DNA of 62,381 nucleotides, counting the filler, from Chrysochromulina tobinii (Eukaryota): assembly GCA_001275005.1 (NCBI GenBank). It is 4 parts of 4 records of this genome, joined end to end, with 100 filler letters (N's around TTAATTAATTAA, not from the genome) between each part and the next. Parts side by side here need not be neighbours in the genome. Positions count along the whole stretch, not along the records: positions 1 to 16,775 come from JWZX01001245.1; 3 more parts are not named here. The stretch is one strand, 5' to 3'. This document shows positions 1 through 10,109 of the stretch, in pieces. The position numbers and the translations under genes were made by a program. Each line of letters opens with the position of its first letter. Positions within the stretch are counted from its first letter, which is position 1. The notes under the pieces are model-generated. The model searched no databases. It worked only from the letters and a program-made list of their open reading frames with translations, and had not been told where the DNA came from.

Positions 1-288
1 CACGGCCGAGCATTCGATCCGACTAAGCGGCCGAGCGGGCCGCATTCGATTCGCCTAAGCTTGTATTAAGCATTTCCTTCGGACGCTCACGTGTTCGCTC
101 GTTCGGGTCACCGACCGTGAGGCCCTAGGATTGGTGTGTACTAGGTCATTGGACCTCATACAAAAGCTATAAATAATATTCCGAGGCTAAAGGCTAAAGA
201 CTATCTCGCGTGTCGGGCTATTCTCACGAGCTCTGCTGCGGTAGAGTCAATGGACTCGGAGGGCTCTGCTGCGATAGATTCATTGGAC

Positions 289-3200
289 TCATTGAAATTC
301 TATCTGGTTGTTTGTGTGCTTCCGAAGCTTCTTCTCCAGCCTAGCCTGGGCAATCGCATCGGAGTGAAAGCTCGGGCCAGTAGTTTCTATCTCAGTCGTG
401 CCCAGGAGGTTTGGCTTCGGGTTCTTCAAGTATTTGTTGACCTCTGTCGTGGAAAGAGCGATGTCATCCGATGCGCGCGTCCTTAAGCCGGCGTCGGCGG
501 CTTTGACGTCAGAAGAGGCCTGGGTTCCTTGCTGCATGACGAAGACGATGATCAAAATCAAATACTCGAGGCGAATCCAGATAGGATCGGACACGTCCTC
601 CTGGTCACGTGCTCGCTTTGTCTTTACTGCCCAGCCCTTGTAGAGCTCTAGCTGCCCGTCAGGTCGCAGGCTGTACAAGTATTCGCCAGGGTACTTGTGC
701 CCACTCTCCCGCACTTCATCTTCCAACGGTAGGATCTTGACATCGGCCACGCGCACCATCGCCTCGAGGAAACCTTCAAAAGGCAACCTCTCAAGCTGCG
801 CGCTCTTTCCCAATTTGCTGTTTTCATTGATGACCATCATCCGCGAGTTACTGAAGATGGTGCCGACCTTGCGATCCGAAAGTTCCCGCGTGAACCCAAG
901 TGTGGACCAGAGAAGGGACCATTCCTCGTAGTTCATCAGATCTGCTCGCTCAGCGACATCCCCACCAACACCCGTAGCTGCTGCATAGACGTCGAAGATG
1001 CTACGAAGAGTCTGCTGATGTCGTGTCAGCACCATGTTCACCTCGTCGAGATAGCATGCATCAAGGCGAAACCAATTGGTGTTAGTGAAGATGAGCGCGG
1101 CATTCTCGTGGAGACCTAGAAAGTAGCCCATGTCTTCACACAGCCAACGCACATTCTGGCCAAAGTCCTTGGGTGGGAGCTCGTCAGTCGCGGCACGCAC
1201 CAACCATTCGAGGAACTCAGAGCGGGCCAACCGCTCTTTGGAGTTCGTCGAGGACTGGCTCTTATTGTTGGTCGTTGACGTTGTGTTGACAGTCGCCCAC
1301 AAGAGGTCGAATCCATCTTCTCCTCGCAACTTCGCATGGCGCGCCACCTTGCGATCGCCAGAGGGAGAGCGCCGGCCAGTGTCATTGATGTCAAGTGCGT
1401 CAAGCCGCGCGTCGTTAATCATCCTTGTATAGCCTGCACGCCCGATGCCGTGCACCACACCGCTAGTCTCGGATCCGATGCATGAGTAATATGTGAACAC
1501 ACGAAGGATCATCGGGTAGTGCTCGAAAAGCCCATCCATGATGTCCTCAATGATCTCCTTGGATAGCTTTCCCTCCCGGACTCCAAAGGCACGTCCCTTC
1601 ATGTCCGCCTGCAAGACTTGGCCGCCCGTCGTGTGACTCCAGTCAGCTAAGAAAGCCTTCTTCAAGCACCTCTCAGTGTCGATATAGTCGCTCGAATCGC
1701 ACGCGTACTTGCCATGTTTTCGGCCACGCCAGCATGACATTTCAAGGGCAGGACCTATAAGAGGGCGGCCTCGACAGAGACGCTTACGAGCCTCAGCTGC
1801 AGCAATGCGGACAGGTGTCGCCTCCATTCCATCCTCGTCAAGCCACTCGACGGCGTTCGAATTCCGCCAGCCTTTAGGGGATGAAGATGAAGGCACCTCC
1901 ACGCTCAAGTCCCCCGTTTTGAAATCCCCAAAGCAAGCTGCAGTGTCAGAACCATCCGCAATCCCGTCTCCTCTTCCGCTGCTGCCGACGTCGGCATTTG
2001 CACATGTGCCTCCACTTGCACCTCCGCCAGCGCCTCCTCCTGCGCCTCCGCCTGCACCTCCGCTCTTGCCCCCGGTTGCGCCACCGCCACCGCCACGACC
2101 ACCGCCACCGCCTGAACCTCTGCCTGCGCCTCCATCCGCGCATCCGGCCGCACTCCCGGCTGCGCCCCCGGCCATATCGCCTCCAGCCGCGCCTCGGCCA
2201 CCGCCACCGCCACCGCCACGACCACCGCCACCGCCTGAACCTTCGCCGGCGCTTGTGCCTCCAAATGCAGCGTCGCCTGTGCCTCTGCTAACCTCTAATC
2301 CTGTGCCTGTACCTGCTCCTGCATCTCTTCGTGCACCTCCTCCAGTGCCTCCTCCAACGCCTCCGCCCGCACCTCTGCCTGCGCCTCCATCCGCGATTCG
2401 ATTTGCATCTCCACCTGCACCTCCACTCGCGTCTCCGCTCGCGCCCCAGCCCTCAACTCCACTCGCGCCTTCGCCCGCGCCTCCACTCGCGCCTCTGCCC
2501 ACGCCACGACCACCGCCACGACCACCACCACCATGTCCATTTGCGCTGGCAGCAAATCCAGCGCCACTTTCTGATCCACCTTGGCTTGAGCTGTTAAGAT
2601 GCTGTCCACGAGCATCGGCGCCTGCACTACGGCCACTGCCAACCGGTCCGCCACTTCCACCAGTGCCACTGCGGCCTCCGTCATCGCCCACACCTTGGCT
2701 GACCGCCTGGTCGTTGCTACCGATACCACCACGTCCACCGCTACCGATTCCGCCTCGCTGCTGTGCCTGTTGTCCAGTTGCTGGATTCACCCCGTCATCT
2801 CCATCGTTGCTCCTTGTGGCTGGCCCAGCGTCTGGAGAAACAGCTAACCAGTGAACGTCAAAATTGGTGTTCACGTTGGCAGCTTCGTAAGCGCCGCGTC
2901 CAGTAGCTGCCTGTGCCCCCAGGCCGCTGAAGGTCCCGCCGATCGGCTGCCGTTCCAAGCTGCTGCTGAGGACTCCGTCTCTGTTCGTGGCAGATGTTCC
3001 CCATCGCCCCGCTCTAGTGCTATTAGTGCTTCGAGGCAGACCAGGGCTGGGGAGGCTGAGCGTAGGAGTCATACCCGAGTTGACGTACGGAACACCGTCT
3101 GGGCCGATTCCAACTCCTTCTTTGCTGGGGCGGTAGGAGTTGTCAGCCCGGAGCTGCGACAGCTGCCAGCGATACAGCTCCCAGTCTCCTCCCGAACCGC

Positions 3201-4293
3201 CTGGTCGTGGGCAGCCCTGACGCTCCCCATTTGTGCTGTACTCCTTCGCTGCCTTTCCGAGCATACCAGAGAGCATCGAGAGTCTGCCGAGCTTCTTGAG
3301 GCCCCCAGGCCCAGCAAACTTGCTGATTGGCGTCACCCTCTTTGATGAACCGATTGGTGTAAACTTGCCCTCACTCGAGCTCGACTGCTTCCTGTTTGAA
3401 AACGAGCCAAGAGCAAAATGGCTATCCGGAAGGAGCATGTGCTCATCCGACTTATCCATCCCCGGCATCGCGGGAAGCATGGGAATCGGCCGCGGCGAGC
3501 CAGGCTTGTTGGGCGGCCCCGAGAAAGACATGCCCGAGGCCTTGTTTCCCTGTCGGTCATAGTTGCTGCCGCCCATGCGGTCGAGCTGAATGCCCCAGAC
3601 CGCGTCCGGGTACGCCTCTGCTCGATGTGCCACTGGTGCAACGAGTGTAAAGCGCACTCGTGACAGCTCGCGTACCTTGGTTCCAAACTCACGGTCCGTT
3701 GTCAAGTTGGGCTCCTTGCTCACGGTGCGGAAGGCCTCACGCGCCTCCTGTTGCCTCGCCGTGAGCTTGTCGTCAAAGAGCTTTGTCGAGTGCTCGATGG
3801 GCTTCGGCAGTTGGCGCTCATTCCAGACCTTCTGGGCTTTCCGATGCAGTCCCGAATGTGGACGCTCAATCGCCTTGGCTACCGTTATATCCCTTGTGAC
3901 CTTTTTGGCGCGCACACCCCAAAGCTGGGCGCCCGAGCTCTCACGAAGCCCGTGCTTGTCCTTGGCCTTGTCTTTGAGCTCCGGCATCGATACCACTCGT
4001 CGAAGCTCATGAAAAAGCGTGTCCTCGTGATTGCGGTCCGATGCGAACAGAGTGCATCCTCGTGCTCGCGCATTCATCATGCCCATCTCTGCATCGACGC
4101 GAGAAGCGATGGCGAGGCGCTGCTGCAGCGTGAGTTGCGGCTGAGGACTTCGAGGTTCCGGCGTCTCCGCAATCGGCAGCAAGTCCACGGTGGAGGACTG
4201 GTGATGGGTCCATGGGCGGATCTGATGGGTCCATGGGCAGACCAGATAGACATCTTGATCTATCTGATATTTAGGAGAGTCCAGCAACACCAT
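289..4293 (-). CDS. Large hypothetical protein with a central Gly/Ala/Ser-rich low-complexity tract and a C-terminal helical region with degenerate EF-hand-like repeats; start codon uncertain
   Basis: Uninterrupted 1334-codon ORF. The C-terminal ~450 aa look globular, with repeated motifs (LARSEFLEWLVRAA, LMNYEEWSLLW, LPFEGFLEAMVRVA, LRSIFDVYAA). The Gly-rich tract spans ~1900-2800. Confidence 0.65.
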   Translation of the reverse strand: MVLLDSPKYQIDQDVYLVCPWTHQIRPWTHHQSSTVDLLPIAETPEPRSPQPQLTLQQRLAIASRVDAEMGMMNARARGCTLFASDRNHEDTLFHELRRVVSMPELKDKAKDKHGLRESSGAQLWGVRAKKVTRDITVAKAIERPHSGLHRKAQKVWNERQLPKPIEHSTKLFDDKLTARQQEAREAFRTVSKEPNLTTDREFGTKVRELSRVRFTLVAPVAHRAEAYPDAVWGIQLDRMGGSNYDRQGNKASGMSFSGPPNKPGSPRPIPMLPAMPGMDKSDEHMLLPDSHFALGSFSNRKQSSSSEGKFTPIGSSKRVTPISKFAGPGGLKKLGRLSMLSGMLGKAAKEYSTNGERQGCPRPGGSGGDWELYRWQLSQLRADNSYRPSKEGVGIGPDGVPYVNSGMTPTLSLPSPGLPRSTNSTRAGRWGTSATNRDGVLSSSLERQPIGGTFSGLGAQAATGRGAYEAANVNTNFDVHWLAVSPDAGPATRSNDGDDGVNPATGQQAQQRGGIGSGGRGGIGSNDQAVSQGVGDDGGRSGTGGSGGPVGSGRSAGADARGQHLNSSSQGGSESGAGFAASANGHGGGGRGGGRGVGRGASGGAGEGASGVEGWGASGDASGGAGGDANRIADGGAGRGAGGGVGGGTGGGARRDAGAGTGTGLEVSRGTGDAAFGGTSAGEGSGGGGGRGGGGGGGRGAAGGDMAGGAAGSAAGCADGGAGRGSGGGGGRGGGGGATGGKSGGAGGGAGGGAGGGASGGTCANADVGSSGRGDGIADGSDTAACFGDFKTGDLSVEVPSSSSPKGWRNSNAVEWLDEDGMEATPVRIAAAEARKRLCRGRPLIGPALEMSCWRGRKHGKYACDSSDYIDTERCLKKAFLADWSHTTGGQVLQADMKGRAFGVREGKLSKEIIEDIMDGLFEHYPMILRVFTYYSCIGSETSGVVHGIGRAGYTRMINDARLDALDINDTGRRSPSGDRKVARHAKLRGEDGFDLLWATVNTTSTTNNKSQSSTNSKERLARSEFLEWLVRAATDELPPKDFGQNVRWLCEDMGYFLGLHENAALIFTNTNWFRLDACYLDEVNMVLTRHQQTLRSIFDVYAAATGVGGDVAERADLMNYEEWSLLWSTLGFTRELSDRKVGTIFSNSRMMVINENSKLGKSAQLERLPFEGFLEAMVRVADVKILPLEDEVRESGHKYPGEYLYSLRPDGQLELYKGWAVKTKRARDQEDVSDPIWIRLEYLILIIVFVMQQGTQASSDVKAADAGLRTRASDDIALSTTEVNKYLKNPKPNLLGTTEIETTGPSFHSDAIAQARLEKKLRKHTNNQIEFQ

Positions 4294-4547
4294 GTGCCGC
4301 CCGACTTCTGCAACGCATCGGAATCCTGCAACCGGGTCGTCGGCGCCGCGTGTGCAACGATTTGTTTCGGCAATTTAAAACGTACCGGAAAAAGACACCG
4401 GGGGGAGCCGGGACTCACACGGGACTCACGGGCTTGCCGGTACTGTTCCGGGGGGGAGCCGGGACACACATGGGACACACACGGGTCATGTACAATTTGT
4501 TTAAGGTGTGTGTATTCTTCGAAGCGCGGGAGCCGCGGGCGGAGCAA

Positions 4548-7500
4548 ATGTTGACCGAGACCGAGATGCCGCAGGTGGCCGACGAGCCCAGCGTAGCACA
4601 GGTGGACGCCGAGCACATGCCCGACGCTGACCCCGCCGCCGCTCCCACTTTTGAGCAAAACGACCTCGTTTGGGCCAAGATCCGCGGCTTCCCATGGTGG
4701 CCCGCCCGCGTGGCTGGTACCCGGCGCACGGATGCCGAGGGCGTGCGCTACCCGGTGCGCTTCTTCCACACGGCGGAGCGCATAGAGCTCTCGCCAATGC
4801 CGTCGACGCTGCTGCCGTACAGCAGCAGGGAGGACCTTGCCGATCCGACCAAGATCAAGTCCAAGGCCATGCGCACCAAGTTCGAAAAGGCGCTTCTGGA
4901 GCTGTCCAAGGAGCCGACGAAGGGCGCGGACGAGGACCCGCCCGAGCCTCCGCGTCCCGCCGAGCTCGAAGAGAGCTGGCGCGACGAGGGCCACGAGTAC
5001 CTCGGGCGTCGCGTCGCGCGACCCTTTGAGGGTGGCCTGACGGTGGTCGGCCGGATCACGCGTTGGCTGCCCGCCGGCGATGGCGATGACGAGCCGCCGC
5101 TGTTCCATGTGGACCACGACGACGGCGACGAGGAAGACCTCGAGGAGTACGAGGTCATCGACGCCTTCGAGCTCTACAAGACGACGCCCGAGGCGACGAA
5201 GCTCGCACAGGCCAAGGCTCGTGCGGAGGCACGGGCGGCAAAGGAAGAGGAGAAAGCCGTAAAGGCGGAGGTGCGCGCCGCCAAGGCGAGCGAGCGCGCC
5301 GCGGCCGCCACGACCGCCGAGGACAAGGCGGCCGCCGAGGTGGAGGCCAGGGCGGCGCGGCTCGAGGTGAAGGCTTGCCGCGCCGCAGCGCTCGCAGCCA
5401 GGGCCGACACGAGCGGTGCTGAAGCGGCGGTCGCGGAAGCACGGGAGGAAGCAATGGCGGCCAAGGCTGCGTTCAGCAAGGTGGCGGCGAAGGCCAAGGA
5501 GGCCGCGGCTCGTGCACGCGAGGCCAAAGCCAAGGCGGCCGAGGAGGCCAAGAAGAAGCGCGAGGCAGAACGCGGGCCGCGCGTCGCGAAGACCGCCGTC
5601 CAGTTCTACACTGAGGCGGAGCGTCTCAAGCTGACAGCGGCGCACCCAGGGCTCGATGCGCCCGCCATTGCCGAGATGATCAAGGCGCAGTGGAAGGTGC
5701 TCGAAGAGGCCGATAAGGCGCCCTACAAGGAGTTGGCCGCGGCCGATAAGCAGAGGTACGAGGCCGAATGCGCGGCGTCTGGCATCGACCCGGCCGCGAA
5801 GCGACGCAAGAGCAGCGAGGGCGGCGCGGCGGCCGACACGGGCGGCGCGCCGCCGCCGCCGGGCAGCCTCGCGTCTGGCACGCCCCGAGTCGTCTGTGCT
5901 CTGAAGAGCGCGCCGCAGCTGAATGGCACTTCGTGCGTGGTGCTCGAATGGGTGCCAAGCGAAGGCCGTTATTTGGTGCGTCTCGATAGGGCGACACTGG
6001 CCAACGGGGAAAGTCTCGTCAAGCTGCGCCCCGAGTGCCTCGCTGCGACCTACGCCGCCGCGCTCGCTGCGACCACCGCCGCCGCTGGCGGCGCGCCCGT
6101 CGGCGCCGTCGGCGCCAGCGCCGGCGCCGGCGCCACGAACGCCAGCACCAGTCCCGGCGCCGATGGCGCGGACGGCAAGGGACGTACCTCTCTGCCGCCA
6201 GGCTGGACGGCGGTGCGCCGTGGGGCGAAGGCGGGCGAGGGCGCCGAGGGCAAGGGGCGCGCTTACACCGTCTATCAGGGCCCCGAGGGCAAGCCGCAGG
6301 CGCGCTCCGTCAAGCAAGCGTGGGAAGCATACGAGAAGCTCTCTCCAGGCGGCGGCAGCGCGGCCGCGGCCGCGGTAGCGGCGGCGGCCATCGCGGACTG
6401 TGCTCCGGCCGAGGCCATCGCCGAGGCAGGCGGCGCGGTCAAGGTGCGCGGCGCAAAGACCGCGTTCTTCCTCTACTCGCAGGCGCGTCGCAGGGAGGTC
6501 CGCGAAGCCAACCCGAGCCTCGACGCCAAGGCGATCGACAAGCTGCTGCAAGAAGAGTGGAAGGCGGCGGCGCCAGAGGCGCGCCAGTTGTACGTCGACG
6601 AGGCCGCTGAGGATAAGCGCCGGTACGAGCGTGAGCTCGCGTCGGAGCAGCGCCGAAACAGCGGCGGGCCCTCGCCGCCGCTTTCGATGGGCATCCCGCT
6701 GCAGCCGCTGCCGCAACACTCGCAGCCAATGCAGTGGAAGGAGATGCCGGCGGCGCCCAAAGCGCCCCCTAAGCCCAAGACCGGCAAGCAACTGGCGCTC
6801 GACAAGCTGCAGGCCGCCAAGCGGGCCGCTCAGCAGCGGCTGTGGGAGCTCAGCCGGAGCTCGCAGCACGAGACGGCGCCGGTGGCCGGCCTGGAGCGGC
6901 CTGAGCCTACGGGCCTGCTGCCGCTACGCGATGCGACTCTCGCGGCCTGCGTGCTCGAGGTTTGGCTCTTCGCGCGCGCCTTCCACAAGCGCCTCGGACT
7001 GCACCCCTTCCAGGCTCACCAGCTCTCGGCAGCCGTTGAGCGTGGCGCCGAGTCGCCATTGCTCGTCGAGCTCTCCATGGCGCTGTTGCGGGCGCTGCTC
7101 GAGCAGGGCGACGCGCTGCGCGGGAAACACCAGCTGCCGCCGCCCATGTCAGCCGCCCTCGGCACCAAGGTCGAGCTGCCGCTGCAGCAGCTGCCGCCGC
7201 CCGAGTTAGTGACACCAACCACGTGGGGCGAGGTGCTGCGTGCCGTAGGCCACCTGCTCGTCGGTTTCGCGTCCAACCCTGACGGAGAGGGCGCGCCGGC
7301 CGAGGAGGCGGCAGCGCAGGAGCGCGCTCGCCTGCAGGCGCTCGCGCAGCTGGGAACGACTCCCTTTGCGGAGCTGCCTGCGCATGCGCAGCTCACGTTG
7401 CTGCAGGCGCTGAGCGACGCGCTGCTTCGCACGGACGAGTTCACGAGCGAGCTGCGCGACCGTTTCGAGCAGCGCGCCGAGGCGGAGGCCAACGTGGCGA

Positions 7501-10109
7501 AGACATTCAAGGAACGCCAGCAACGAGTGCATGCCGAGGCGCTTGCGCAGGCGGCCACGGACGCGACGGCGGCGACGGCCGGCGCGGCTGGGGGCGCCGC
7601 AGAGGCGGCGGCCATATCGATGCTCGCGATGGCGGCTCCATTCAAGCTCGGAGAGGTGGGCGAGGCGGCGGAAATCGTCGAAGCGAAGGCACGCCGCGCG
7701 CGCGAGGCAGCGACCGAGGCGCTGCTGCGCGCCATCGAGCACCGGGACGCCGAAGCGCTCGAGACGGCGATTGAGAGCGCGGCTGAGGCCCACCACCAGG
7801 GCACGCTCGACGACGGGCGACGCTGGGTGACAGAGGAGCTCAAGACGGCGCGTGCGCTGCTCATCGAAGAGAAGGCGCGTCTCCGTCGACAGGTCCCGCT
7901 CGACGCGCTCGCCCTCGAGCAGCTGCAGGCGCACCTGCAGTGTGCGGCGGACCACCCGACGCGCGAGACGCCACTCGGCAAGGACTCCTCCGGACGTACC
8001 TATTGGATCTTCTGCCACGAGCCCAAGACGCTGTGGGTGGCTGACCCGGTGGCGACGACCCACGACGCCGACTCGCAGGCGCTCGCCGAGACGCATGCCA
8101 AATGCAAGGCGATGCTCGCCCAGGCTGACCGGCGGGCGTACGTCGAGAAGCGCGCGGCGGCCTGGGCGGCCAAGCAGGCGCAGGCGGTGGAGCGGTCAGA
8201 GGCGCGCGGGGCGGCCAAGGCGGCCAGTAGCGCATCGTTTCCCGGGGGCGACGCGACGATGGCGCCCGTGCTGCGCAAGAAGCGGATGGCGGCCGCCGCC
8301 TCCGCCAGGGAGGCTCGGCAGCTCGTGTGCGAGTTGGACGACGACGACGACGACGAGGACAAGGACGAGGACGAGGACGAAGACGAGGAGGCAGACGCTA
8401 CGGACGATGGCTCGGGCTGGTCCGCTCCGTGTGAGTGGCGCTGGGCGCGCTACGAGCGCGTCGCGCACGTCGAGCGTCTCATGCTCACCCTCGACGGACG
8501 AAGCATCGCCGGTTCAATCGCCGCCAAGGATGAGGCTGCACTCAAGAAGGCTCTTGCCGAGCGCCTCCCCGACATGCGTCGACGCGAGGCGGAGGCAGAC
8601 GAGCAGGACGCGGCGTACGATCCAGAGCAGCTGCGCGCCTTTGACCCCGAGCGCTGGCGGCTGCACGGGCACTATCTGCTCGGGCTGCGCGTGGCGACGC
8701 TACACGAGGGCGTGCTGTCCGTGGGCCGTCTGACGCGCTGGCTGCCCGCCACGGACGAAGACGAGCTCTTCCTGCGCTGCACGCACGACGACAATGATGG
8801 CGAGGACATGAGTGAGGCCGAGGCCCTCGAGGCCATCCGGCGGCTGCGGCGCACCGACAAGGTGGCAGTGGACGAGGCGCGGTTGGCGGGCGATAATGCG
8901 TACGAGAACACGGCGACCAAAAGGGCACTTCGCTGGCGGCCGGAGCACGGAGTGAGCTTGATGGGGCTGCGCTCGGAGATTCTGACCCTCGAGGATGGCG
9001 TGCGCGCGATGATGCGACATGCGGGTGCGCCGTGGGCCAAGAACTACGGCGAGCGGCAGTGTTGGCTGCTCTCGCTCAAGCGCGCAACCTCGACGGACGA
9101 GCTCGCACCTCTCCTCATCACCTTCGAGGCGGCGCTGCACGAGCTTGGCAACCCCGAAAAAGAAGTGAGCGAGCGCCCCCCTTGGCGCAGCTCAGGCGAC
9201 GCGCGGCTCGGCAAGCAGCTGCGCCGCTTTTTCCCGGTCGATGAGGAGGACGACGAAGCGGAGAAGGACCCCGAGGGCAGCGCCGAGCCGAGCACATGGC
9301 ATGTGTCTGATGGCAAGATTGTCTCTTGGCTGCCCGCCGATGGCGACGACCCAGCCCTGTGGCACATGATCCACCACGACGGCGACGAAGAGGACCTCGA
9401 GGAGTACGAGGTGGCCTTTGCGCTCGCGGCAGCCGAAGAAGGGCTGAGGGAACCTTCTGAGGCGGAGCGCACACGCATGCACGAGGAGCGGCGCAAGGTC
9501 CTCGATGAGGAGGCGAGGGCGAAGGCGGACGCGGACGGCGACGACGACGACGAGGAGGACGAGAAGGGCGCGACGGCGCCGGGGGACGAGGATGAGGAGA
9601 TGGAGGAGGGCGAGGAGGGCGAGGAAGGCGAGGGCACGGGTGCCTCGACCGCGGCCGCGACCGCGACCGCCTCCTCTGAAACACTGTGGCTTTCAAAAGA
9701 AGCGCGAGCGCGCTGGCTCGGAGCGGTGGGCGCATCGCCATCGCCGCAGACGCTTGCGCTGTGCCTCGCCGCACTGAAGGCGCATTGCCAGCTCTTCGCG
9801 CCGCTCCAAGAACGCAAGCCGACTGGGAGCCGGCGTGCTGAGCTCATGGCGGCAGTGCGCTGCTTCTATCACGCCGGCGCTTTTGGCGCCAAGGCGTGGG
9901 GCGCTGCCAAGCCCGCCGGCCAGGCAGATGCCAAGGGCGGCGCGGCCGTGCGCTTCAGCAACGCCGAGATCCGCTACCTGCGCGAGGGCCATCGCCTCTT
10001 TGGGAGGAAGGGATCCGACTGGATCAAGCAGACGCTCGAGCAGTTTGCGTTCCACAGCAGCCGCAACGAGAAGACCCTGAAGCAGAAATGGCACCAAATG
10101 GGCAAGTGA
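4548..10109 (+). CDS. Multidomain chromatin protein (PWWP, 3x Tudor-like, 2x HMG box, SH3-like, MBD-like, DDT, WHIM1-3, C-terminal Myb/SANT); DDT-WHIM ISWI-partner-like
   Basis: Intronless ORF. PWWP: LVWAKIRGFPWWPARV. HMG boxes: KTAVQFY..W..L...DKAPY.ELA..DKQRY and KTAFFLYS..W......RQLY..EA.EDKRRY. DDT: LEVWLFARAFHKRLGLHPF. WHIM2: PLGKDSSGRTYWIF. Tudor-like repeats end in H(D/H)DGDEEDLEEYEV. Myb: FSNAE..LREG..FG...W....F...R....LKQKW. ATG at 4548 chosen as the likely start. Confidence 0.88.
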   Translation: MLTETEMPQVADEPSVAQVDAEHMPDADPAAAPTFEQNDLVWAKIRGFPWWPARVAGTRRTDAEGVRYPVRFFHTAERIELSPMPSTLLPYSSREDLADPTKIKSKAMRTKFEKALLELSKEPTKGADEDPPEPPRPAELEESWRDEGHEYLGRRVARPFEGGLTVVGRITRWLPAGDGDDEPPLFHVDHDDGDEEDLEEYEVIDAFELYKTTPEATKLAQAKARAEARAAKEEEKAVKAEVRAAKASERAAAATTAEDKAAAEVEARAARLEVKACRAAALAARADTSGAEAAVAEAREEAMAAKAAFSKVAAKAKEAAARAREAKAKAAEEAKKKREAERGPRVAKTAVQFYTEAERLKLTAAHPGLDAPAIAEMIKAQWKVLEEADKAPYKELAAADKQRYEAECAASGIDPAAKRRKSSEGGAAADTGGAPPPPGSLASGTPRVVCALKSAPQLNGTSCVVLEWVPSEGRYLVRLDRATLANGESLVKLRPECLAATYAAALAATTAAAGGAPVGAVGASAGAGATNASTSPGADGADGKGRTSLPPGWTAVRRGAKAGEGAEGKGRAYTVYQGPEGKPQARSVKQAWEAYEKLSPGGGSAAAAAVAAAAIADCAPAEAIAEAGGAVKVRGAKTAFFLYSQARRREVREANPSLDAKAIDKLLQEEWKAAAPEARQLYVDEAAEDKRRYERELASEQRRNSGGPSPPLSMGIPLQPLPQHSQPMQWKEMPAAPKAPPKPKTGKQLALDKLQAAKRAAQQRLWELSRSSQHETAPVAGLERPEPTGLLPLRDATLAACVLEVWLFARAFHKRLGLHPFQAHQLSAAVERGAESPLLVELSMALLRALLEQGDALRGKHQLPPPMSAALGTKVELPLQQLPPPELVTPTTWGEVLRAVGHLLVGFASNPDGEGAPAEEAAAQERARLQALAQLGTTPFAELPAHAQLTLLQALSDALLRTDEFTSELRDRFEQRAEAEANVAKTFKERQQRVHAEALAQAATDATAATAGAAGGAAEAAAISMLAMAAPFKLGEVGEAAEIVEAKARRAREAATEALLRAIEHRDAEALETAIESAAEAHHQGTLDDGRRWVTEELKTARALLIEEKARLRRQVPLDALALEQLQAHLQCAADHPTRETPLGKDSSGRTYWIFCHEPKTLWVADPVATTHDADSQALAETHAKCKAMLAQADRRAYVEKRAAAWAAKQAQAVERSEARGAAKAASSASFPGGDATMAPVLRKKRMAAAASAREARQLVCELDDDDDDEDKDEDEDEDEEADATDDGSGWSAPCEWRWARYERVAHVERLMLTLDGRSIAGSIAAKDEAALKKALAERLPDMRRREAEADEQDAAYDPEQLRAFDPERWRLHGHYLLGLRVATLHEGVLSVGRLTRWLPATDEDELFLRCTHDDNDGEDMSEAEALEAIRRLRRTDKVAVDEARLAGDNAYENTATKRALRWRPEHGVSLMGLRSEILTLEDGVRAMMRHAGAPWAKNYGERQCWLLSLKRATSTDELAPLLITFEAALHELGNPEKEVSERPPWRSSGDARLGKQLRRFFPVDEEDDEAEKDPEGSAEPSTWHVSDGKIVSWLPADGDDPALWHMIHHDGDEEDLEEYEVAFALAAAEEGLREPSEAERTRMHEERRKVLDEEARAKADADGDDDDEEDEKGATAPGDEDEEMEEGEEGEEGEGTGASTAAATATASSETLWLSKEARARWLGAVGASPSPQTLALCLAALKAHCQLFAPLQERKPTGSRRAELMAAVRCFYHAGAFGAKAWGAAKPAGQADAKGGAAVRFSNAEIRYLREGHRLFGRKGSDWIKQTLEQFAFHSSRNEKTLKQKWHQMGK

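Noticed and set aside
1709..2854. 381-aa Pro-rich extensin/formin-like ORF on the plus strand
   Set aside because: Antisense shadow of the Gly-rich tract of the 289-4293 gene.
4260..6869. 869-aa minus-strand ORF
   Set aside because: Antisense to the PWWP/HMG gene; long shadow ORFs are expected at this GC content.
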